Positions 51,173 to 59,834 of a stretch of 64,000 bases of DNA are shown here, piece after piece (within the stretch, counting starts at the first letter, position 1; each line of letters opens with the position of its first letter). The DNA comes from Escherichia phage phiSUSP1: sequence record KT454805. One strand, written 5' to 3'. The position numbers and the translations under genes were made by a program. Under the pieces are notes generated by a model. That model did not search any database, had not been told where the DNA came from, and was given only the letters and a program-made list of their open reading frames with translations.

Positions 51173-51657
51173 TGAATTACATGGAAATACGAAAATTCGA
51201 TACAGCAAACGGTGAAGGTGCTCGTGTTAGTCTTTTTGTAGCTGGCTGCAAACACCACTGTGAAGGATGCTTTAACAGGGAGTCTTGGAAGTTTAATGCT
51301 GGCAAGGAGTTTACTTATGCAAACCTTTATGGCATTATGCAACTAATGAACGATGATGCTATCAGTGGATTCTCTATATTAGGTGGAGAACCTCTTGATG
51401 ACCGAAACGTACAGGAAGTGACAAATATCTGTAAGCGGATTAAGACTGTCTATCCAGATAAAACTATATGGTTGTGGACAGGTTACCAGCTACATGAAAA
51501 AATTCACTTAGAAGTGATGAAATATGTTGACGTGGTAGTAGATGGTAAGTATGATGCTTCTAAACCGACACACAAACCATATCGTGGGTCTGATAATCAA
51601 ATACTTTGGAGAAAAGAATATGGCTGGCAAGGTGACTGTCAATGGAGAGCAGAGTAG
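51172..51657 (+). CDS. nrdG: anaerobic ribonucleotide reductase activating protein (radical SAM)
   Basis: CX3CX2C motif CKHHCEGC; 161 aa; follows nrdD. Confidence 0.8.
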   Translation: MNYMEIRKFDTANGEGARVSLFVAGCKHHCEGCFNRESWKFNAGKEFTYANLYGIMQLMNDDAISGFSILGGEPLDDRNVQEVTNICKRIKTVYPDKTIWLWTGYQLHEKIHLEVMKYVDVVVDGKYDASKPTHKPYRGSDNQILWRKEYGWQGDCQWRAE

Positions 51658-51898
51658 CTACTCTGGTAAGTGGATTTATAACATCAACAAGCTTGATGCT
51701 TGGATGGTTTATACTCAAGAAAAATTTGGTGAGAGTGGTTTAACGGCTTTAGCTGCACTTGTTAAGCAGGTAACATTCACAGTTGAAGAAAAATCAACAC
51801 TTGGGGATGGACTAATGCTTTTCACTGATGTAAGATACGGAAACATACAAGTCTGTATTGAAAAAGAAGAACTAGACCAGTTCTGTATTAAACTTTAA
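51620..51898 (+). CDS. hypothetical protein (about 92 aa)
   Basis: in-frame ATG at 51620 with GGAGAAAAG RBS within ORF 51542..51898. Confidence 0.35.
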   Translation: MAGKVTVNGEQSSYSGKWIYNINKLDAWMVYTQEKFGESGLTALAALVKQVTFTVEEKSTLGDGLMLFTDVRYGNIQVCIEKEELDQFCIKL

Positions 51899-51913
51899 AA
51901 GAGAGATATTAAA

Positions 51914-52171
51914 ATGGGTATTTTTTCAAACATGAAAGCAGGTTTATTAGCAGCTCTGGCAAAAGCAGCAGCTATCGTTTCAATGACTGGTAAGCAGGTT
52001 GGAGTAGATGCTTCAGCAGTTGCACAGGTTTTTGCAAGCCAGATTGGACAGCAACCTTACATCCATGTTGGACGTGGTAAAGGTGGTAAGAAACAAGCTC
52101 ATCGCCAAACTGGTGCAGCAGCAATTAAACGTGCAGCTAAAAAAGCTCGCAACCGTAAACGTAGCAAGTAA
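51914..52171 (+). CDS. small basic protein (85 aa)
   Basis: C-terminus KRAAKKARNRKRSK. Confidence 0.35.
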   Translation: MGIFSNMKAGLLAALAKAAAIVSMTGKQVGVDASAVAQVFASQIGQQPYIHVGRGKGGKKQAHRQTGAAAIKRAAKKARNRKRSK

Positions 52172-52182
52172 GGATTACTAAA

Positions 52183-52494
52183 ATGGAAAAGATTTATAAC
52201 ACCCGTAAAATTCAGATTGCAATTCTGTGCCAATTCATGGCTGATAAACATGATTCACACTATTGCGGTACAGGTTTTCTTACTCTAGGTGGTGGGTATG
52301 TCAGCTTCAAAGAGGCTGTGAAGATGTACAATGAACATCCTGAAGATGATAAAGAGTTGAAGCAACTGAAGCTTACCTATGATAAGAAACGTAAGAAAAT
52401 TATATGCTTGAACAACCTTATCAAGCCAACTGAAAACGTTCATGATTCAATTGGCGAAGAAGGTTTCTTCAAAGTCTTGAAATTGGCTCAGTAA
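52183..52494 (+). CDS. hypothetical protein (103 aa)
   Basis: ORF track. Confidence 0.35.
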   Translation: MEKIYNTRKIQIAILCQFMADKHDSHYCGTGFLTLGGGYVSFKEAVKMYNEHPEDDKELKQLKLTYDKKRKKIICLNNLIKPTENVHDSIGEEGFFKVLKLAQ

Positions 52495-52506
52495 GAGTAT
52501 ATGATT

Positions 52507-52531
52507 AGGGAACTGTAAAAGGTTCCCTTTT
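52507..52531 (+). terminator. intrinsic terminator
   Basis: GGGAAC-tgtaaaa-GGTTCCC followed by TTTTT. Confidence 0.7.
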
Positions 52532-52546
52532 TATTTTGGAGAAATC

Positions 52547-53062
52547 ATGTACTATTCAAATCTAAAACATGCTGCTGCAATGTCTGTTCTTCGTCTTGAT
52601 TTCGATGAGCGTCAAGAGTTCATTGAATCCCACAAGTATAATCCTTCAAATTCTAATCACATGGTACTTTGGAACCGTGGTAAGTTCCGTGACAGTACCC
52701 TGTTTCAATACTATCCCCACTATACCATTGATAACCTCTATGAATATTGTGTTGTCAAGAACACTATAGCAACTCTTAACAAGCTTTGTAGATACTCTGG
52801 GAAGAAAGCTTTCACATTAGGCCACCATAAGCCTGTGACAAAAGGTGGAGAACATCATTGCTCAAACTGGTTTATTCAGACACAAGAAGATAATCAGAAG
52901 CAAGGTGAGAAGCTTCCTGAGACTCCTAAGATGACTTGGGAAGAACAAAAAGCATATCTCAGAAATAATATGCCACCAATGCTTGACAAGGACTATTCAA
53001 TTCTGGCAATATCTCTCTTGTTGAAGCTTGAGACAGTTTATGAGGCAACTTATCATGGCTAG
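52547..53062 (+). CDS. hypothetical protein with HNH-like motif (171 aa)
   Basis: LGHHKPVTKGGEHHCSNWFIQTQEDNQKQG resembles an HNH core. Confidence 0.35.
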   Translation: MYYSNLKHAAAMSVLRLDFDERQEFIESHKYNPSNSNHMVLWNRGKFRDSTLFQYYPHYTIDNLYEYCVVKNTIATLNKLCRYSGKKAFTLGHHKPVTKGGEHHCSNWFIQTQEDNQKQGEKLPETPKMTWEEQKAYLRNNMPPMLDKDYSILAISLLLKLETVYEATYHG

Positions 53063-53333
53063 AGAACAATGGGAAATCAAAGAACTCATTAGTGAAGCTG
53101 GAAATGGTAGTGAGATGTATATGATACGTGGTCACGTCCCAGATGCACTTGCTATTGAAATGATTGACCACTACTCCAACGGATTCTATAAAGAATTTGG
53201 AGAGCCAAATATTGAACGTACTTGGACAAAACCAGTACCAGATGGAACAGGGAACTGTTCAGTTATCTATCACATTGTAGACCCAAAGAAATGTAAGTCA
53301 GCTATGGCTGTAACATTTGTAACTTTTGACTGA
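53055..53333 (+). CDS. hypothetical protein (about 92 aa)
   Basis: in-frame ATG at 53055 within ORF 53028..53333. Confidence 0.3.
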   Translation: MAREQWEIKELISEAGNGSEMYMIRGHVPDALAIEMIDHYSNGFYKEFGEPNIERTWTKPVPDGTGNCSVIYHIVDPKKCKSAMAVTFVTFD

Positions 53334-53343
53334 GAGAAATATT

Positions 53344-54225
53344 ATGAAAACTATTATTCAAGTCCTGATTAATTCAAACTCTAAAGGCACTCACCAAGAG
53401 AACTTCAACATTATCCAGTTCCCTTCAGGAGAAATTGGTGGTAACTTCTCAGAAGATTTGGTAGACTTTGTTGAACATGCTGCTGGTAAGATTGATAACG
53501 TAATCTTCACGGTACAAGGCTATGATAAAGATACACTCTTTGCATTAGCTCTGGCTAAAGAAGCAATTGACCGTATGATTCCTCAGAAAGCAGCTATGAA
53601 GACTGTTGTCTTTGGTTTCTTACCAAATGCTAGATATGACCGTCACATGTTTAAAGGTGATGCAGCAGCACTTAAAGCATTTGCAAATCTTGTAAACGCT
53701 ATGGAGTTTGATGCAATTTGTGCTCTGGATGCTCATAGTAACGTGGCAGAGAATCTATTTAAGTGCTTCTACAACCTACCTCAAAAAGAGGCAGCAGTAC
53801 ACTTTGCAAGTGACCCACGAATTGATTACTTAGTGGCTCCAGATGCAGGTGCAGCTAAGAAGACTGAAGAAGCTGCTAAGGATGTTGAGAAGCCTTATAT
53901 CACAATGGCTAAGGTGCGTAACCTGAAAACTGGTGAAATCACTGGTATGCGAATCCTTGATGACGTAGATTTAACAGGCAAGACTGTCATGATTCTGGAT
54001 GATATCTGTGACGGTGGTCGTACCTTCATTGAGGCTGCAAAGTATCTTCGTGAAGCTGGTGCAGAACGTGTAGAACTGTATGTCACTCATGGGATTTTCT
54101 CTAAAGGTGTTGAAAATCTTCTTGACAACGGTATTGACCATATCTACACTACAAACTCACTAGGCGATGTAGAAGACCGTGGACTTTCACACTTCTCACA
54201 AGTGACTGTAGCAAACATTGAATAG
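53344..54225 (+). CDS. ribose-phosphate pyrophosphokinase family protein (Prs-like; possible ADPR-PP synthetase)
   Basis: Prs blocks ALDAHS, YLVAPDAGAAKK and PRTase loop VMILDDICDGGRT...YVTHGIFS; ORF track start 53326 is TTG, ATG at 53344 more likely. Confidence 0.65.
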   Translation: MKTIIQVLINSNSKGTHQENFNIIQFPSGEIGGNFSEDLVDFVEHAAGKIDNVIFTVQGYDKDTLFALALAKEAIDRMIPQKAAMKTVVFGFLPNARYDRHMFKGDAAALKAFANLVNAMEFDAICALDAHSNVAENLFKCFYNLPQKEAAVHFASDPRIDYLVAPDAGAAKKTEEAAKDVEKPYITMAKVRNLKTGEITGMRILDDVDLTGKTVMILDDICDGGRTFIEAAKYLREAGAERVELYVTHGIFSKGVENLLDNGIDHIYTTNSLGDVEDRGLSHFSQVTVANIE

Positions 54226-54233
54226 GTAACAAG

Positions 54234-54725
54234 ATGGATAAGGGTTACTTTGAAAAATACCTAAGATACGAACCAGAGACAGGTTTGTTAATTTGGAAAG
54301 TAACCCTTTGTAGCACCGCTATTGCTGGTAATGTGGCTGGCACAAGGTCTAAGAAGGGTTATATCCAAGTTCAGATAAACAAGAAGAGGTACTATGCACA
54401 CAATATCGCATGGATTCTATCTGGAGGTGAGATACCAAGTGGATATGAGATAGACCACATAGACCTTGACAAGACAAATAATAAGTTGGAAAACTTAAGA
54501 CTGAGTACAAAGTCACAAAACCAAAGAAATAGAGGTATACAAAAGAACAACAAAACTGGCGTGAAGGGTGTAAGTGTATGTACACAGACAGGTCTTTATA
54601 AAGCAAGAGTGATGCTTTATCATAAAGAATACTTTTGCGGAAGATTTAAAACGCTAGAAGAAGCGAAAGAAGCTGTAATTAAAAAACGATTAGAACTTCA
54701 TGGTAAGTTTGCAAGACATAACTAA
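54234..54725 (+). CDS. HNH homing endonuclease with AP2 domain
   Basis: HNH region IDHIDLDKTNNKLENLRLS; AP2-like GVKGVS...GLYKARVMLYHKEYFCGRFKTLEEAKEA; paralog of 31503..32030. Confidence 0.8.
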   Translation: MDKGYFEKYLRYEPETGLLIWKVTLCSTAIAGNVAGTRSKKGYIQVQINKKRYYAHNIAWILSGGEIPSGYEIDHIDLDKTNNKLENLRLSTKSQNQRNRGIQKNNKTGVKGVSVCTQTGLYKARVMLYHKEYFCGRFKTLEEAKEAVIKKRLELHGKFARHN

Positions 54726-54741
54726 TAGAGAGATATAAAAT

Positions 54742-56559
54742 ATGAGTAAATCACTTTACGCAGTACCAGCAGGTCTTAATGCAGATGCTTACAAGTCATC
54801 ACACATCTACCAGTATCCAGATGCTACTCAGTATCTTATGCTGAATTTAACGCCTCGTGGAGACAAATGGTTTAACTCTCCATTAGAAATTGATGGTGTT
54901 GTAGCATTTGGTATTCAGCGTTTTGTAAAAGACTATCTGGTAGACCACTGGAATGCAACGTTCTTTGAACGTGATAAGAAAGAAGCCATTGACGAAATCT
55001 TGGAAATCATGAATGGTGTACTTGGTGCAGATGCCATTGGTCGTCAACATTGGGAAGAACTTCATGACTTAGGTTATCTGCCTGTTGAAGTCTACTCTGT
55101 AGAGGAAGGTACAATTGTCCCTATGCGTGTCCCGATGATTATATTCAAAAACACTGTAGAGGGCTTCCATTGGGTAGCTGGTTATCTCGAAGATGCTTTC
55201 TCTGCTGAAATCTGGAAAGCTTGTACAATTGCAACTATTGCACTACATTACAAACGTATTTGTAAGAAGTGGTCAGATTTGACCTGTGATAACGACTTCC
55301 ATCTTCCTTGGCAGTGTCATGACTTTGCAATGCGTGGTATGTCTGGATTCACAGATGATGCGTTTAACGCAGTAGGTCACCTGACAAGTTTTAAAGGTAC
55401 TGACAGCTTCCCTGCTGTATACACAGCTAAACGTGCATATGGTCAGTTTATGACTGTAAGTGATATCGGGAACTCTGTACCAGCAACTGAACACTCTGTG
55501 ATGTGTGCAAACATCTCATGGAATAGTTGTGCCAAAGAAGTAAGTGATTGGCATCTGCTACAGTCTGACAACTTGTTAGATGCAATGCGTTGGCGTGGTG
55601 AGGTAGAAACTTTCCAACGTCTTCTGACAGAAGTCTACCCAACTGGTATTGCAAGTGTTGTATCAGATACTTACAACTTCTGGAGAACTGTTACACAGAT
55701 TTTACCAGAGCTACGTAATGTGATTCTGAATCGTGATGGTAAGTTGGTAATCCGTCCAGACTCTGGAGACCCTGTTCACATTGTCACTGGTTACAAAGTC
55801 ATTGAATGGGAAACTGCTAAGTCAATGTTCTATAAGCACATGAAAGGTCTTGCACCAGATAACACCCACCTGCATGATGCAATCTTGAATTGTGAAATGG
55901 CTGATATTGGCTTTGGATTATCTGCTTGGCTAATCTCTGAAGGTTATGAGATGGTTGTTGAAAATGAAGATTTTGATTATATTGATACAATCAACCTGAT
56001 TACTGCTCAGAAAACTGGACAGTTTACTGTGAAGCGTATGTTAACAGCAGAAATTGATGGAGCTATCCACACGCTGTATAACATCTTTGGTGGTACTGTT
56101 AACTCCAAAGGGTACAAAGTACTGGATGAGCACATTGGACTAATCTACGGTGATTCTATCACTTTGGAAAGGGCTAATGAGATTCTATCACGTCTTGCTG
56201 ATAAAGGTTTTGCAAGTTCTAACGTAGTGTTTGGTGTAGGTTCATACACCTATCAGTACCTGACTCGTGATACCTTTGCATTTGCTGTTAAAGCAACTCT
56301 TGCACAGATGGACGGTCAAGAAATCATGCTGGCTAAAGACCCTAAAACAGATAGTGGTCTGAAGAAATCTGCTTTTGGTGGAGTCATCCCTATGTGGGAC
56401 GGTGATAAGCTGGAAGCTGTAGATGGTTTTGGTTTTGCAGAGTTTGAAGGTGCAATTGAGAATTGTCAGAGCGCTTTGAAACTGGTATTTAGCAACTCAC
56501 AACCTTATGGTTATGTTAATCTACGTGATGTACGAAATACTATTGACAAGCAACTTTAA
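54742..56559 (+). CDS. nicotinamide phosphoribosyltransferase family protein (Nampt/NadV-like)
   Basis: blocks match Nampt from memory: DAYKSSHIYQYP, HDFAMRGMSGFTDDAFNAVGHLTSFKGTDS, VPATEHS, VVSDTYNFW, LVIRPDSGDPV. Confidence 0.8.
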   Translation: MSKSLYAVPAGLNADAYKSSHIYQYPDATQYLMLNLTPRGDKWFNSPLEIDGVVAFGIQRFVKDYLVDHWNATFFERDKKEAIDEILEIMNGVLGADAIGRQHWEELHDLGYLPVEVYSVEEGTIVPMRVPMIIFKNTVEGFHWVAGYLEDAFSAEIWKACTIATIALHYKRICKKWSDLTCDNDFHLPWQCHDFAMRGMSGFTDDAFNAVGHLTSFKGTDSFPAVYTAKRAYGQFMTVSDIGNSVPATEHSVMCANISWNSCAKEVSDWHLLQSDNLLDAMRWRGEVETFQRLLTEVYPTGIASVVSDTYNFWRTVTQILPELRNVILNRDGKLVIRPDSGDPVHIVTGYKVIEWETAKSMFYKHMKGLAPDNTHLHDAILNCEMADIGFGLSAWLISEGYEMVVENEDFDYIDTINLITAQKTGQFTVKRMLTAEIDGAIHTLYNIFGGTVNSKGYKVLDEHIGLIYGDSITLERANEILSRLADKGFASSNVVFGVGSYTYQYLTRDTFAFAVKATLAQMDGQEIMLAKDPKTDSGLKKSAFGGVIPMWDGDKLEAVDGFGFAEFEGAIENCQSALKLVFSNSQPYGYVNLRDVRNTIDKQL

Positions 56560-56571
56560 AACAGTATGATA

Positions 56572-56596
56572 AGAGGCTCCTACGGGAGCCTTTTTA
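56572..56596 (+). terminator. intrinsic terminator
   Basis: GAGGCTCC-tacg-GGAGCCT followed by TTTTT; identical to the hairpin at 62766. Confidence 0.75.
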
Positions 56597-56612
56597 ATTT
56601 GTGGAGAATGTT

Positions 56613-56828
56613 ATGAGATTTAACACTGATTTATTTTATACAGATAGTACTGGATTCTTTGGTGGATACTGTGTAGCATCTTGGCAGTTATGGTTCTCAG
56701 AAGACTACAGAGATGATATGCAGGTTTTTGTAGATGATTACAAGTTCCCTACAAAACCCACTAAACGTCAGATTAGAAAGCTTCGCAGAGAGTTTCGTAA
56801 AACTTGCAAAGGGATTAATAGACTATGA
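56613..56828 (+). CDS. hypothetical protein (about 71 aa)
   Basis: in-frame ATG at 56613 within ORF 56601..56828. Confidence 0.3.
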   Translation: MRFNTDLFYTDSTGFFGGYCVASWQLWFSEDYRDDMQVFVDDYKFPTKPTKRQIRKLRREFRKTCKGINRL

Positions 56829-57160
56829 AAATTAAACAGATGAATGTCAATGTAATCATTGAAGAACGTTGGGAAAATATTCAGCGACCTGAAGATGGTC
56901 ACAAGTTTATCAACGAACTGTTTCAAGCAGCACAGTCAGAGTTAGCTTCTGAGATTTATACAACGGTCACTTTGAAGGTTTACATCAAAGGTCTGCCACA
57001 AAATCACCAAGAGGCACTTGATTTGTTCCAAAAAGGATTCTACAATCCAAATAAAGATATACTTGAGAACAGTTTTGCAGTATCTTCGAGTATTGTTCAT
57101 GACAGAAGTTTTGTCCTATTCAGAACTGTAGGAGATAAGGTATGCAAAGTTATTGGTTAG
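56825..57160 (+). CDS. hypothetical protein (111 aa)
   Basis: ORF track; coupled start. Confidence 0.35.
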   Translation: MKIKQMNVNVIIEERWENIQRPEDGHKFINELFQAAQSELASEIYTTVTLKVYIKGLPQNHQEALDLFQKGFYNPNKDILENSFAVSSSIVHDRSFVLFRTVGDKVCKVIG

Positions 57161-57321
57161 AACTTGTACTGTCACTCGGTTGCATTGTTGCTATTGCAGT
57201 GATACTATGCAGATACTTCTCAGAGACAGAACCTTGTGATGAGTGTGAAGGCTCTGATATAGCTGGTATGGGGCATTGTTGCCCTTACTGTAACGGAACT
57301 GGAAAGAAATTTAAAAAGTAA
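57142..57321 (+). CDS. small membrane protein with C-terminal Cys cluster (59 aa), not in ORF track
   Basis: ATG at 57142 after GGAGATAAGG; translation MQSYWLELVLSLGCIVAIAVILCRYFSETEPCDECEGSDIAGMGHCCPYCNGTGKKFKK. Confidence 0.3.
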   Translation: MQSYWLELVLSLGCIVAIAVILCRYFSETEPCDECEGSDIAGMGHCCPYCNGTGKKFKK

Positions 57322-57322
57322 C

Positions 57323-57359
57323 TTGACAGTGGCATCTATAAAATTATATAGTTTGCCAC
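57323..57359 (+). promoter_or_regulatory. sigma70-like promoter (TTGACA, about 16-17-nt spacer, TATATA) inside a GTGGCA...TGCCAC palindrome
   Basis: hexamers read directly; 6-bp inverted repeat at 57329..57334 and 57354..57359; upstream of rIIA-like gene. Confidence 0.5.
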
Positions 57360-57383
57360 ATCAACCACTAAGGAGATATTCTT

Positions 57384-59756
57384 ATGCGCATGGTAAATGA
57401 CCACGCAACTGTAATTAAAAGCTCAAGTACACTGGAAACCTCTCAGGCTCAGATTAAGATGACACCTGAAATGTTCAGTCTCCTAAGCTCAGGTGTTTAC
57501 ACATACAAAGAACGTGCTGTTATTCGTGAGTTATCATGTAACGCAGTAGATGCTCACATTGATTCTGGTAATGTTGATAAACCTTTCTTGGTTCACTTAC
57601 CAACTCGTTTTGAACCTTTCTTTGAAGTTCGTGATTTTGGTACAGGTCTGACTCATGATAAAGTTATGAAGCTTTACATGACCTATGGAGAATCTACAAA
57701 GAATGATTCGAACGACTACATCGGTGCTATGGGTATCGGCTCAAAGTCACCATTTGCAATTGCTCAGTCATTTACTGTGTCAAGCTATGTTGATGGTGTA
57801 GTTAATAAATACTCAGTTTATCTTGAGAATGGTATTCCTCAAGTGACTAAGTTGACTACTAACCCAACTACCGAACCAAATGGTTTAGCTGTTCGCGTAG
57901 CAGTATCTGACAACCGTATTAATAAGTTCCATGAAGAAGCAAGTAATGTTTACTCATACTTCAAAGTGAAACCAGAATGCAACGTTGAGTACTACGACAT
58001 TCTTGAAGCGATGACTTCCATCTCTCGTGAAGATGGTATCTATGATGCAATGAAGTACAAAGAAAACTGGCGTTCAAATAGTAACAGTGTACATTTCAAT
58101 GTAATCATGGGTAATATTGCTTATCCTGTTGAAATGGGTGAACTGCTTGGTTCAGAGTTTACAAGTATTCTGCCTCAGTTCTTCCGTAGTGCTGTAGACC
58201 TTGTTAATATCTACATGCCAATCGGTTCAGTGGCTATCGCTGCATCTCGTGAAGCATTGCAGATGAATGAGACCACTAAGACAAAGATTGTTGAAGCTGT
58301 GAAGAAAATCACTAAGACAATAGTTGAAGATGTGGTAAAAGAGATTGCTAATAAGCCAACTCTGATTGATGCTGCACAAGCTTATGACACCATGAGGAAA
58401 GAGGCTCGTGAAATCTTTAATCACGTCCAAGATTCTCTGGAGTGGCAAGGTCAGAACTTGAAAAAGCTTGAACAAAAGCTGTTGGGTATTCGTCGTGGTC
58501 AGTTAACTGAAGCAGATGGTTCTCCATCATTCTTGAAAGATGATGCAGGTAACTTAAGGCTTGACAAAGACGGTAATCCAGTTCCTAATATTGGTAATCT
58601 GTATGAACCTGTAGCGTATTACAAGTACAGCAGTCTGGAGAATCGTATTCGAGCAACTTCAGCAACATATTCACAAGATGCTGCAATGTTCAGTATCTTT
58701 GGTGCAATGAGTAAAGATAAGTTGAGCAACTACTTGTTCCTTATCAATGACCGTCGAAACAAGAACGGGTCTGAAAAGACGACTGGTAAAAATCAGATTA
58801 TCCGTGGAGCTTGCCGTGACCGTGAACAGGAAGATTCTAACTTCCGTCGCTATAATGGTATTGCTTTCTTGTTCAGCAGTCAGCAGCAATTTGATGAGTT
58901 TGTAGCTTTGCATATGCTTGACAAGAATCTGTTAAGTGTGCATACAATGTCAGCTAAAGAGCACCACTATGAGAAACGTACCATTGTACGTGGTGTAGTG
59001 AAACTGTACAAAGCATACTTCAGCCCTGCAACTGGAAGGGTTCTTTATACGGAAGTTAAAGAAAACTTTGATGAGATTGAAGAACCACAACTATATATCA
59101 AAGCACAGAGTGATGAAGTTCTGGGTGGTATCTTCTCATGCTCACCAGAACGTGCTGCAACGTTGATGACAGAACTAACTGGACAACCAGTTTATGTCTT
59201 CCGTAAAGCAAACTGGAAAAAGATTCCTGAAGATTGGGCTGAAGTCAATGCACAGGTGATGAAAGATTTTATTGAGAATACTCACTGGATTGAGTATCAT
59301 CGATACTTGACGTATCAGTATATGACTGATAAGCATGATATTACAGACTGTAATGTTGTTGCTCGTAACTTCAACTTTGCTGGTAAGAAGAAGTCAAGAG
59401 GTCATGTATATAACAAAGACTTTGATTCAACAATCCTGTTAGAAGGGAACGAAGACGCTGTAGAAGCAATGTTTGGTCGCTTGGCATACACTGCTGCACC
59501 GATTGCTTATAAAGAAGTCTACAGCACTCTTGACACTCTTCGCAGGAATATGAGAGGCTCTTGTAAGCCAAGAAAGATTCTGGACAATGCTAAGAAGCGT
59601 CTTGAAAGCAAGTTCAAAGATTACTTTGAGAAACGCCGTAAAGAAAACTTCTTGCTTTCTAATCTGGATTGGAATAAAGTGTCACCTGTTGAAGTTGGTA
59701 GGTTCTTAGGATTTGACGTTAGAGGTCTTCCAGAAGATACCAACTGTTGGGAATAA
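57384..59756 (+). CDS. rIIA: rIIA-like protein with N-terminal GHKL ATPase domain
   Basis: Bergerat-fold motifs ELSCNAVDA (N box), DFGTGL (G1), GAMGIGSKS (G2); 790 aa; followed by rIIB-sized gene. Confidence 0.5.
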   Translation: MRMVNDHATVIKSSSTLETSQAQIKMTPEMFSLLSSGVYTYKERAVIRELSCNAVDAHIDSGNVDKPFLVHLPTRFEPFFEVRDFGTGLTHDKVMKLYMTYGESTKNDSNDYIGAMGIGSKSPFAIAQSFTVSSYVDGVVNKYSVYLENGIPQVTKLTTNPTTEPNGLAVRVAVSDNRINKFHEEASNVYSYFKVKPECNVEYYDILEAMTSISREDGIYDAMKYKENWRSNSNSVHFNVIMGNIAYPVEMGELLGSEFTSILPQFFRSAVDLVNIYMPIGSVAIAASREALQMNETTKTKIVEAVKKITKTIVEDVVKEIANKPTLIDAAQAYDTMRKEAREIFNHVQDSLEWQGQNLKKLEQKLLGIRRGQLTEADGSPSFLKDDAGNLRLDKDGNPVPNIGNLYEPVAYYKYSSLENRIRATSATYSQDAAMFSIFGAMSKDKLSNYLFLINDRRNKNGSEKTTGKNQIIRGACRDREQEDSNFRRYNGIAFLFSSQQQFDEFVALHMLDKNLLSVHTMSAKEHHYEKRTIVRGVVKLYKAYFSPATGRVLYTEVKENFDEIEEPQLYIKAQSDEVLGGIFSCSPERAATLMTELTGQPVYVFRKANWKKIPEDWAEVNAQVMKDFIENTHWIEYHRYLTYQYMTDKHDITDCNVVARNFNFAGKKKSRGHVYNKDFDSTILLEGNEDAVEAMFGRLAYTAAPIAYKEVYSTLDTLRRNMRGSCKPRKILDNAKKRLESKFKDYFEKRRKENFLLSNLDWNKVSPVEVGRFLGFDVRGLPEDTNCWE

Positions 59757-59762
59757 AATAGT

Positions 59763-59791
59763 TTGACAGGGGCTGAAAAGCCCCTTAGAAT
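59763..59791 (+). promoter_or_regulatory. sigma70-like promoter (TTGACA, 17-nt spacer, TAGAAT) with GAAA-loop hairpin in the spacer
   Basis: spacer is GGGGCT-gaaa-AGCCCC. Confidence 0.5.
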
Positions 59792-59834
59792 ACGAACCAC
59801 TAAGTAACTTTAAACAACAAAGAGAGATATTAAG

